From: the human T2T-CHM13v2.0 reference genome, Homo sapiens
Assembly (NCBI RefSeq): GCF_009914755.1
Contig: NC_060926.1
Direction: 5' to 3' (one strand)
Length of the DNA: 64,000 bases
Position numbers and translations under genes: made by a program. The notes beneath the pieces were generated by a model. That model did no database searches, had not been told where the DNA came from, and was given only the letters and a program-made list of their open reading frames with translations. Of the stretch, positions 1-14,400 are shown in pieces (the stretch's first letter is position 1; every line of letters begins with the position of its first letter).

Positions 1-123
1 CCCAGCTACCTGGGAGGCCGAGGCAGGAGAATTGCTGGAACTCAGGAGGCAGAGGCTGCACTGAGCCGAGATAGTACCACTGCACTCCAGCCTGGGTAAC
101 AAAGCGAGACTCCATCTCAAAAA

Positions 124-159
<36 letters not shown>

Positions 160-160
160 A
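1..160 (+). mobile_element. Alu right arm (cut by the window edge) with (AAAT)n tail
   Basis: Alu 3' consensus followed by AAAT repeats. Confidence 0.95.
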
Positions 161-1091
161 TGATTGTGGAAGAAATGCTCAGAAAAAAAGTAACAAGTAT
201 TTGGAAACAAAGCAAAGCATAGCACAGAAAAAAGGAGGAGAAGGACGAAGAGGAGAAATTGTAAAATACAGTTGGGACTGTCCTTCTATTTGTGACAACA
301 AGAGAAAAGAGTCCAGGGATCATAGTGAACCACAAACAAAACTCAAGTCAGCATTGTGGTGTACTTACACCAAAAGGTAAATATATTTGTTGCCATGATG
401 AGGAGCAGAAATAGAGTGTGTTTTAGAAAGAGCTCTGCACTGGGGTTAGAAACTGCTAGAAGTGACTGCCATGCACTTTGTGTTCATGAGGATCCTGCGG
501 CTCTGTTGAGGCTCGGTGGGAAAGAGTGCAGGACTGTTCTCTGCCAGAGGCTCCTGGTGTCTATTAGACAAACCTGTAAGTTATCGTGTTTATGTTGCTA
601 TGAAAAAACTGTGTGACTCTGGATATTTTCCCCAATTTACTTAAGCCTAAGTTTCCCCATATAAAACAAGGAGGGTAGACAAAATGATCTCTAAGGGTTG
701 ATTCTCTCCAGCTGGCTGGAGGGTGGCTGGAGGGAGGCTGGAAGTGGAAGTCCATCTGATTGCATCAGGTGAGCCAATGCACTAGGATAAGATGGTCACT
801 GTCACAGCTGGGTTCCAGGGGTAAGTGAGGTTCCCAGAACAAGGGGAAAATCAAGCCAATCCATGTGGAGAAGGCCACTGTCAGGTGCTTGAAAGGCCAA
901 TAGGAACATGCACCTGGAAGACCAAACCTAGGGTCAAGGTTTGAATCTTAGAGTCAAGAACTCCAACTCAAGGCTGAATTCAGAAGAACAGTCTGGGAAA
1001 AAGCACAAGGCAGAATGTCCAGTAGGGGCAAAATCATGATGGTATCATAGTTTTCTGACTCTCCTTTAAATCCTCTTAATATCCCCCTCTA

Positions 1092-1430
<339 letters not shown>

Positions 1431-2160
1431 AAGGACAGAAAAACTTGTGGACCACATCTTCAATGAAATTAAGTGACAAAATATCCCAGAAGTCATGAAA
1501 TATGGATAAGTCAGCCAAACCATCTGACAACAATTAGACCTTCTAAGACCCATGTGAGATCTGCAGCTCTGGGCAGGGGAGAGTTGGGCCCAATAGCGGA
1601 CCCCAACTTGTGTGGAAACCTCTGCAAGTAGATCTGAGAACCACTGGCAGCATAGGGACATCTCCACAGGTTCCTTTGTGAGTATGAATGCAGAAAGATC
1701 ACAGGACCCACTGAGGGGCAGCAGGGAGATCAGATGGGGGCCAACCCTTTAACACAACCTCCCTTGCAGAAGAAGTAAGATGCACCGTGAGGAAAACCTG
1801 CTACTTGTAAACCCAAATGGAGCTGAGTAAGAACTGGGGCATCAGTTCTGAAACATGGGAGGATCAGAGGAGCCCAACTGCAGAGAGAGGCCATTTTCTA
1901 TTACCTCCTGGTAACAACAGAGTAAGAAGCCTTTGAGTTGTACAGCGAGGAAAACTACCCTGGCCCATCCACACCCTGAACTTTGGAATTTGTTCCTAAA
2001 TGCACAGGAAAATGCTTATTTAAACATGAACAACAGGAATAATTATTTAATTATATATAAAGATTTGTGAATAAAAATAGAACCTAAAACAATATGACAG
2101 AACTAAAATTTAAAAACGTATACTTTAAAATACATGTCTAATTAAAATACATGACAATAG

Positions 2161-2481
<321 letters not shown>

Positions 2482-3085
2482 ACCATGACAACAATAATAT
2501 AAAAGGAGGGAGAGTAGTAAATAAAACTAAAATAGCATAACATTGTTTCATTGTGTGGGAAGGGATTAAAATTGGAACTGAAAATATACTACCTCCTTGC
2601 AGTCCAGACAAGATGGTGTGGATTCATCTCTCTCTGCTCCTACCCACTAAGGACAACTGGATAAACCCTGGATATGTATATATTTTTTTGGTTGCCAACT
2701 GGCTATCTCCTTTGGAGATGTCAAATGTGGTAGAAAGATGACACACTGGCTTGGAAACCTAAGACTGGAGAAATGGCACTGTGGCAGGTGCCCTGTGTGT
2801 TCCCTGTCCCCTTCCCCCTCCCCATCAGAAGATGACTCAAACCTGGAGTTTTCTGACCCTTGATGCAGCAACAGAAAGCAGTCCAGGTAAGCTTATCTTC
2901 CCCTGTCTCTAATGGAAGTCCATCTGATTGCATCAGGTAAGCCTGACATCATGAGCAAGGAGATTGCTGCGGATCAGCCAACAATAAACAACTAACTACT
3001 ATTAATACTTCCCTGCTAGGTTTGAGACTCACCTGTTCCACCAGAGAGATCCCAGGAGGGTGGGACTGAGGAACCCCTTCTGCTC

Positions 3086-3446
3086 TGATACAGTTTGGCT
3101 GTGTCCCCACCCAAATCTCGTCTTGAATTGTATCTCCCATGATTTCCATGTATTGTGGGAGGGACCCAGTGGAAGATAATTGAATCATGGGGGCGGTTTC
3201 CCCTGACTGTTCTCATGGTAGTAAATAAGTCTCATGAGAGCTGATGGTTTTATAAGGGGAAACCCCTTTTGCTTGGTTCTCATTCTCTCTTTGCTGCCAC
3301 CATGCAAGATGTTCCTTTCGCCCTCCGCCATGATTGTGAAGCCTCCTCAGCCATGTGGAACTGTGAGTCCATTAAACCTCTTTTTCTTTATAAATTACCT
3401 AGTCTTGGGTATGTCTTTATCAGCAGCATGAGAACAGACTAATACA
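3086..3446 (+). mobile_element. THE1-type MaLR solo LTR
   Basis: TGATACAGTTTGGCTGTGTCCCCACCCAAATCTC...GAACAGACTAATACA; 5-bp TSD TGCTC/TGCCC. Confidence 0.9.
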
Positions 3447-4201
3447 TGCCCCACCAGATACTAGGGTTAATGAAAACAGCACCACAAAGGTTCTGAACAT
3501 TAAGTCATAGGCTATGGAAGTAGGACAGAATCTGCATGATAATTAAACAGGGTGACTTTTCATTAAAATAAAGGACTTTATAAGACCCAGAGTCTCTTAA
3601 CATAACAGATAAAATGCTAAGGATATAATTTTAAAAATCACCTGTGGGAAAGAACAAAGAAAATCTGAATTTGAAAATCAAACAACTGACATCAAGACAG
3701 AGATAATTTTTAGGGTGGAATTATCTGACAAGTACTTTAAAGCAGTCTTCAGAAGTCTTCAAAAATCAATGACAAATTATCTTAAATGAAATGAATAGAA
3801 AATCTCGGCCAAAAAATAAAAGTTATAAAAAAGAGCTAAACAAACATTACTGAACTGAAAAATACAATAGATATTTTAGAAACTTCCAAAGGATAGAATC
3901 AGTGAATCTGAGGACAAATTGATACGCTCTTCCAATCTGAATAACAAAGAGGAGAAAGACAAAAAAAAAAAAAAAAGAAAAGAAAAGAAATAACAGAGCT
4001 TCACAGATTTGTGATAAATAACAAAAGATCAAACATTCATGTCAAAGGGAATTCCAAAAAGAGGAATGTGAGACTGACAAAATATTCAAAGATACAGTGG
4101 CTGAAAACTTGCAAATTTGATTAAAAACACAAACTACAGATTTAAGAAATCGAACAGACCCCAAATAGAATAAACCCAAAGAAAATGACATCAAGACACA
4201 T

Positions 4202-4627
4202 TGTATTTGTTTTCTATTGCTATCATAACAAATTGCCACAAACTTGAAACAACACAAATTTCTTATCTCTGGTTCTGTAAGTCAGAAGTCCAATTCAGAG
4301 CTCACTGCATTCCTATCTGGAGACTCTGGGGAGAATCTGTTTTCTTAAGTTTTCCAGAGTGTAAAGGCAGCCCATGCTTCTTGGTTCATGGCCCCCTCCT
4401 CCATTTTCAAAGCCAGCCGTGTGGGCTTTCTTCAGTCATCATGTCTCTCTCTGAACACAACAGTTAAAAAATTAGGTTGTGGCCAACCAGGTAACCAGGA
4501 AAATCTTTCCATCTCAGAATGTTTAACCAAATCCCATCTACAAAGTCCCTTTTGCAATGTAAGCTAATATAGGTACTGGGGATTAGGGTGTGGACATCTT
4601 TGGGGGCCATGATTCTGCCTATCACCC
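4202..4627 (-). mobile_element. MLT1-type MaLR LTR
   Basis: tgtatttgttttctattgct...acaaattgccacaaactt and ggacatctttgggggcc ends are typical of MLT1 in reverse. Confidence 0.75.
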
Positions 4628-4683
4628 ACATCATAATTAAACTTCTGGAAACTAAAGGCAATAGTAATAATAATAATAATCTT

Positions 4684-6755
<2,072 letters not shown>

Positions 6756-7294
6756 TAGCCAGAGATAAATGATACAACACCTATAGGGAAACACCAATTC
6801 AGAGAACAGTGGATTTCATCTGACACTACAGAGATCAGAAGGAAGTGGCACAGCACTCTTCACATGCTGAAACAAACAAACAAACAAAAAAACTCTGTTA
6901 ACTGTGAATTTAATATGGGATAAGACTATTTTTGAGGAATAAAGGAGAAGTAAAGACATTCTCAGATGAAGGAAAATGAAAAGAATTTGTCATTAGTAGA
7001 CCTAGTACTAAAGATTGGCTAAAGAATGTTATTCAAACAGAAAGAAATTGCTAATAGAAGAAATCTCGGAGCATCAGAAAGGAAGACAGAATGACAGAAA
7101 AAACAAGGGTCTAAAGGTACACCACAGGCTAGCCTCTTCCTCTTGAATTGTAGAATGATACATTTTATTTTTAAAATCATATTCGATGATTGAAACAAAA
7201 AGTAAGACACCATTTGAAACTCAAAACAATTATATTTAAAAGTGAGAGAAACTAAGGGGCCTAAATGGAAGACAGGTTTATGTATTTGACCAGC

Positions 7295-8241
<947 letters not shown>

Positions 8242-8471
8242 ACAACATGTTGCTAACAGTAAATGGTGAAAAATTTCACATATACAAAAGTTATACAAAT
8301 AGAAACACTCAAAAACATTATAAACAAATCAAGACAAATTTCTTTAAAAAAATTCAAGTAATCCACAGGAAGACCAGAAAAGGAAAACTGAGCAAGAAAC
8401 ATAGGAAACTGAAAAAAATAAATAAAGTGGTAGACATAAGCACAAACATATGAATAATTACCTCAAATGAA

Positions 8472-8785
8472 GGCCAGGCATGGTGGCTCATGCCTGTAAT
8501 CTCAGCACACTTTGGGAGGCCAAAGTGGGCAGATCACCTGAGGTCAGGAGTTCGAGACCAGCCTGGCCAACTTGGTGAAATCCCATCTCTACTAAAAATA
8601 CAAAAAATTAGTTGGGTGTGGTGTCACGTGCCTGTAGTCCCAGCTACTCCAGAGGCCAAGGCAAGAGAATTGCTTAAACCTGGGAGGTGGAGGTTGCAGT
8701 GAGCCAAGATCATGCCACCGTACTACAGCCTGGGCAACAGAGTGAGATCCGTCTCAATAATAATAATAATAATAATAATAATAAT
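8472..8785 (+). mobile_element. AluS with (AAT)n tail
   Basis: TSD AATAATTACCTCAAATG on both sides. Confidence 0.95.
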
Positions 8786-8827
8786 TACCTCAAATGTAAA
8801 TGGTCTAAGTAAACCAAAAGACAGAGA

Positions 8828-9787
8828 TATTGGGGAAACCAGCCCCCCGATATTCAACGTGGGTCCTTTTCTATTTTCCCTAAGTGTCGGCCAATCTGAG
8901 AAATAAAGGGAAAGAGTACAAAAGAGAAATTTTAAAGCTGGGTGTTCAGGGGAGACATCACATATCGGCAGGTTCCGTGATGCCCCTCAAGCTGCAAAAC
9001 CAGCAAGTTATTATTAGTGATTTTCAAAAGGGGAGGGAGTGTACAAATAGGGTGTGGGTCACAGAGATCACCTGCTTCACAAGGTAATAAAATATCCCAA
9101 GGCAAATGGAGGCAGGGCGAGATCACAGGAGCGGGGTGAAATTAAAATTGCTAATGAAGTTTTGGGCATGCATTGTCATTGATAACATTTTATCAGGAGA
9201 CAGGGTTTGAGAGCAGACAAGCAGTCTGACCAAAATTTATTAGGCGGGAATTTCCTCGTCCTAATAGGCCTGGGAGTGCTACGGGAGACTGGGGCTTATT
9301 TCATCCCTTATCTACAACTGTAAAAGACAGGCGTTCCCAGAGCAGCCATTTTAGAGACCTCCCTCTAGGAACGCATTCTCCTCAGGGATGTTCCTTGCTA
9401 AGAAAAATAATTCAGCAATATTTCTTCTATTTGCTTTTGAAAGAAGAGAAATATGGCTCTGTTTTGCCCAGCCCACAGGCAGCCAGACCTAATGGTTATC
9501 TCCCTTGTTCCCTGAACATCGCTGTTATCCTGTTCTTTTTTCAAGGTGCCCAGATTTCAAATTGTTTAAACAATTTGTGCAGTTAACGCAATCATCACAG
9601 GGTCCTGAGGCGACATTCATCCTCAGTTTACGAAGATGACGGGATTAAGAGATTAAAGACTGGCATAGGAAACCACAAGAGTATTGATTGGGGAAGTGAT
9701 AAATGTCCATGAAATCTTCACAATTTATGTTCTTCTGCCATGGCTTCAGCTGGCCCCTCCTTTTGGGGTCCCTGACTTCCTGCAACA
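8828..9787 (-). mobile_element. MER11 (MER11A-like) 3' LTR, 960 bp
   Basis: Starts TGTTGCAGGAAGTCAGGGACCCC right after the polypurine tract AAAAAGAAAGGGAGAGA; ends GGTTTCCCCAATA; AATAAA at 9236-9241 (minus). Confidence 0.9.
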
Positions 9788-11898
9788 TCTCTCCCTTTCT
9801 TTTTATATAAATGTGCCATGGCGATGAAGGCTTGTTCGTTCTCTCGATTTTGATGCAAGATTCTTTGACTGGTCTGGCACACTAAAAACAAGCCAATTAA
9901 ACAGAGAAACATAATTCCAAAATTTACTACAGTGGAGCCCCCAATAGACTTAATCCAAGTTGTGGGGTTTAGTCCAGAAAGATTTTCTGCTGCCTGATCT
10001 AATGCCTCAGCTCCAGGCACAATGGATAAGTGAGCTTGAGAGGCTGCAAAAATTTGTTTCTTTAATTCAGTTATGTCCAATGATAAATTATCTTCCCTAC
10101 CCAGAAGGTGTCCTTTGACCATTTCCCATGAAGGATCAGTCTCATTATAGGAATACGGGGTGATACAGAAATCCGAAGTATTCCAATCGCACTGCATTTG
10201 CACGCGATGTTCGAGACTCACCACCCTATCTCCAAGCCAAATAACAGACTGTCTTAAATCATTAATTTGATTAGCCAATTTTTGATCAATGCCTTGTTGA
10301 GAATTCCACATTTAGGTGGAATTGGCTTGCCAATCATTAACAAAATGAGCCATTTGAATAGAGTGATGTAACGCCATTCCGGCAGTGGTGGCCATTGCAG
10401 TGACTGTAATTAGGCCCATGATCACAGAGATTAAAGTGAAAACAAATCTCTTAGATCTTTTTAGAATTTGCTGTAACACTTCATTAATTAAATGTATTGA
10501 GGGGGAGGATTCCCAAGCTCTGGGCAAAGTTACTGGAATCCAGATTCCTTCTCGAGCTCGAACCAACATTACACTTTTTCTGGAGTCAAAATGGGAGTTA
10601 ATACAAGTGTATAAATGACAATTAATGCATTGGATAGTTTGATTGTTCATCAAAATTTTGATATTTCTTGCTAACAGCATGTAAGGAGGCTTAACACAAC
10701 TCTGTATGGGAACAATCAGGTTGGAGGTAAGTAAAGCAGAATGTCTGGATCTACGCTGATACTGAGAGAGGGGGATGGTAGTGGAGACAACAGACAGAAT
10801 AGTTTCCCCTACCCATACTCACAGTCCAGACATGGCAATAGCCAATTTTCAAAGTTCTGGGTGTTCTGGGCTCAGAATGGGGAGTATCATACGAGGCCTC
10901 GGTCGGGGGGTAATGCCTTTATCTTCCCATTTTAAGGGAAAGAATGAGCTGAACCTCCTATGCAAAGTAGAATGATGATTCTCATTCTCCCAATAAGAAA
11001 TAAAATAAGTAGCCTCCAGGCATTCCCTTCCACCAGAGGAGCAATTGTTTTTTAAATAGCCCTTTGGTGTCCAGTCTATTACTAAACCATATGAGTCATT
11101 TTTTAATATTACTGCATGTGAGATAACACAGTCTTCCCAAATTAAACTTTTAGATGGGCCCTCAAAATTTTTAGGGCATGGTTTTCCTGCAGGTTTATAT
11201 TGAAAGTATGGGGTATCTCCAATTACTCCCCCTTTCATTTGTTTTAAAGGAGAAAGGGAGAGGCCAGAGACCAAATGTCCCGGTTCCTCTGTAGCTGATC
11301 TCTCTGGAAGATAAGCAGCCCAGATTTGAGTTTCTAGATGGATACAATCAGGTGCATGTCCGAGGCACAGAGGAGGATATTTATAACCCATGGTAACATT
11401 AAATGCAGTGCCTTCTTCTCCTGGTTGAGCAGGGCAATGGTCATCTATAGCTCCAGGCATCCACACACTATTATTAGTGTAGATTTCTGCAGGAGCATCT
11501 ATCCAGGTAAGAGGTCGAATAAGTGGAGGAAAAGGCACATAAGAATAATTATGTGTAGCAGGTAAATCAGTGTGAGAGGAAACTGGTGAGACAGAAAGTA
11601 TAAGGAGGAGAATCATTAAATAAAACCTACTGTAAGCGAGATTCAGTGCTGAAGGAGGAAGAGAACAGAGGGATGTTATTTTCAGGCTAATAGAAATAGT
11701 GAGATTTTTAGGTTTGTAAGGAGAAAAAGAAAGGTAATCAGGAGAAGTGGGATTAGTTAGATGGGTCTCCATTGCCATTAGGGAGGGTTGAATCAGACCC
11801 ATTGTGATTTGGTGTGCCTGCTTCTGAGGAGTCGGCACAGATCTCACCACGTCTGAGGGCGGTCTCTGACACAGACGTCTTTTCCCTGTGGTTTTCAT
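9718..11898 (-). pseudogene. HML-8 env in a single reading frame broken by 3 in-frame stops
   Basis: Long leader ending in a hydrophobic core, YVPFPPLIRP, furin site RSKR, fusion peptide [38 protein letters not shown] anchor; stops at 10849-10851, 10819-10821 and 10312-10314. Confidence 0.93.
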
Positions 11899-12775
11899 TG
11901 TCAGTATTCACCCGAAGCTTGAGTCTCCTGGTGGGTACCCAGACAGGGGATTGATGATCTCCTGGTGAAATACAAGCATATCCTCTTCCCCACATTATAA
12001 TTGTGCCAGGTTCCCAAGTATTACTTTGGGAGTTTTTCCATAACACTGGCTTGCCTTCGTTTAGGGAGAATTTTTTGCCTGTATAATGGCGTTTGGCTGC
12101 AGTTAGATTATTATTCTTAGGGACATTTAAAAAATTTAAAGTAAACAATGCCAAATGTAATTGGGAGTGGGGGGTAGTTAAATTATGTTTTTGTTGGTCA
12201 GACTATTTGGACAATTGGGCTTTTAAAGTGTGATTGGCCCGTTCCACCACAGCCTGTCCCTGAGGATTGTAAGGGATTCCAGTAATATGGGAAATTCCCC
12301 ACTGTTGCATAAATAAATCAAAAGCCTTACTAACACATCCAGGGGCGTTGTCTGTCTTAATTTGATATGAAAGCCCCATAACTGCAAAGCAAGAATACAG
12401 ATGTTTTGTAACATGGGCCGTGCCTTCCCCTGTTTGGCAAGTAGCCCAGTTAAAACCTGAGAAGGTGTCTACAGAAACATGCACATATGACAGTCTGCCA
12501 AAGGAGCTCACATGAGTCACATCCATTTGCCATAAAGCATTAGGAATTAGGCCTCTGGGATTAACGCCAGGTTCCTGGTTTAGAAGTACAAAGACTTGAC
12601 ACTGAAGGCAGCTGTGAACAATAAACTTAGCCTGTTTCCAGGTAAGAGCAAATTTATCTTTTAATCCAGCAGCATTGACATGAGTGAGATTATGGAACTC
12701 CTGAGCTTCTTGGGTTGCAAAAGAGACCAAACAGTCAACTTTATGGTTACTGGCAGACATGGGTCCTGGTAAACC
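11753..12775 (-). pseudogene. HML-8 pol fragment (RNase H tail and integrase), one internal stop
   Basis: HHCC (HNLTH...CLQC), catalytic D-D-E (WQMDVTH, KTDNAP, VERAN), C-terminal WGRGYACIS and VWVPTR; TAG at 12203-12205. Confidence 0.93.
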
Positions 12776-12880
12776 GGTCCCTCCATTCGGGGTCCCTGAC
12801 TTCCTACAACACAGAAACTAACCAAATATGTATTAAAAAAAACTAATTATCTGCTGTTTAAAATTCAGTGACATTAGGCA

Positions 12881-13143
12881 GGTTGGCTGAGGCAGAAGAA
12901 TCACCTCAAACCCGGAGGTGGAAGTTGCAGTGAGCTGAGACCATGCCACTGCACTCCAGCCTGGGCAACAGAGCGAGATTCCATCTCAAAAAAATAAATA
13001 CATAAAAAAAATGATACAGAAAGATATACCATGCAAACATGAATTTTAAAATTAAAAGTCTAATAGCTAAAATTGTTAAAAATTTAAATTTATTGTGATA
13101 TCTATTTCATTCCTGACATTAAGTTAAAATTATTAAAGTGCAT

Positions 13144-13178
<35 letters not shown>

Positions 13179-13640
13179 TTTTTTGAGACGGAGTCTCGCT
13201 CTGTCACCCTGGCTGTAGTGATCTCTGCTCACTGCAAGCTCCGCCTCTCGGGTTCATGCCATTCTCCTGCCTCAGCCTTCCAAGTAGCTGGGACTTCAGG
13301 CGCCCACCACCACGCCCAGCCAACATCTAAGGCCAGGCATGGTGGCTCACACCTGTAATCCCAGCACTTTGGGAGGCTGAGACAAGTGGATCGCCTGAGC
13401 TCAGGAGATTGAGACCAGCCTGACCAACATGGTGAAACCCTGTCTCTACTAAAAACACAAAAATTAGCCAGGCATCATGGTGGACACCTGTAACCCCAGC
13501 TATTTGGGAGGCTGAGGCAGGAGAGTCTCTTGAACCTGGAAGGCAGAGGTTGCAGGGAGGCGGAGGTTGCAGGGAGCTGAGGTTGCGCCAGTGTACTCCA
13601 GCCTGGGTGACAGAGTCAGACTCCATCTCAAAAAAAAAAA
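12881..13640. mobile_element. Alu cluster: right arm + (12881-13010), AluY-like right arm - (13143-13321), full Alu + (13331-13640)
   Basis: Alu consensus in alternating orientations; (TTTA)n tail on the minus copy. Confidence 0.9.
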
Positions 13641-14106
13641 GTTTTTTAAAAAGTAGGCTATATTAATATCTGATCAAGTAGAAGAAGAGCAAAAATATTC
13701 CAAAGAAAAAAGACAAAAATAAAGATGAGAGAAAAATAAAATTGAAAATAAGACACTAATAGAGAAAATCAATGAAACAAAAAGCTTTGAAAAAAATTAA
13801 TATTAATAAAACTTTAGCAAGACTGATAACAATAAAAATATAGAAGATACAAATCATCAATATCAGGAATGAAATAAGGTCTATTACTACAATTCTGCAG
13901 TCATTAAACAATAAAAGGGTGATATCACAGAAAATATCACAGTAAGGACCTTTGAAAATTATCTCCTTCATAAAAGCAATTAAAAAAAACTGGCAAAAAG
14001 AATTGTCAGAATCAATGTTTTTAGAGCTCTGCAAATTAACCAAAGGGTTGCAACAATTCAGGACACATTAATTCAAAAAAAATGGGTGAATCTTAGAACA
14101 CTGAAC

Positions 14107-14400
14107 TGAAACTGCCTTTGCAAAAATTAGAAATCTAACCTAACTGATAACATCTTGTTTCTAAACCTCACAAGCTAACTGCCTTTGTTAGCTTTAAAAC
14201 AAAGATGGTAACAGTCCCTTCCTTGCTATCCCCCTCCTTGCTCAGGACTGAAGTCACTTTTGTAAGACCTATGAAAGACCACAAGATTAGGATTATGGGA
14301 GGGGCCTGAATGTTGCTAAAATGTGGGCCTAGTTAAGCGATACCAGCCATTGTTCCCTAGTTTGCCTTTCAATAATTGTTTAGGGCTCTGAAGGTCACAG
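14107..14400 (+). mobile_element. LTR8-like ERV1 LTR fragment
   Basis: TGAAACTGCCTTTGCAAAA...ATCTAACCTAAC...CCACAAGATTAGGATTATGG. Confidence 0.7.

Larger units (their letters stand above)
8828..12811 (-). mobile_element. Internally deleted HERV-K(HML-8 / HERVK11) provirus: 38-bp 5' LTR stub, end of RNase H, integrase, env, 3' LTR
   Basis: Both LTR starts read TGTTG(C/T)AGGAAGTCAGGGACCCC (MER11); betaretroviral integrase and Env; 6-bp TSD CAGAGA (8822-8827) / CAGAAA (12812-12817); interrupts the start of an L1 ORF2. Confidence 0.93.

Noticed and set aside
10849-10851. APOBEC3 hypermutation as the cause of the env TGG>TGA stop
   Set aside because: A single event; many other Trp codons in env and integrase are intact, so there is no hypermutation pattern.
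11560-11898. Rec/Np9-like spliced accessory gene in the HML-8 env leader
   Set aside because: The leader has only a short basic patch (GKRR), and I see no GTAAGT-like donor at the end of the signal peptide where HML-2 rec splices.
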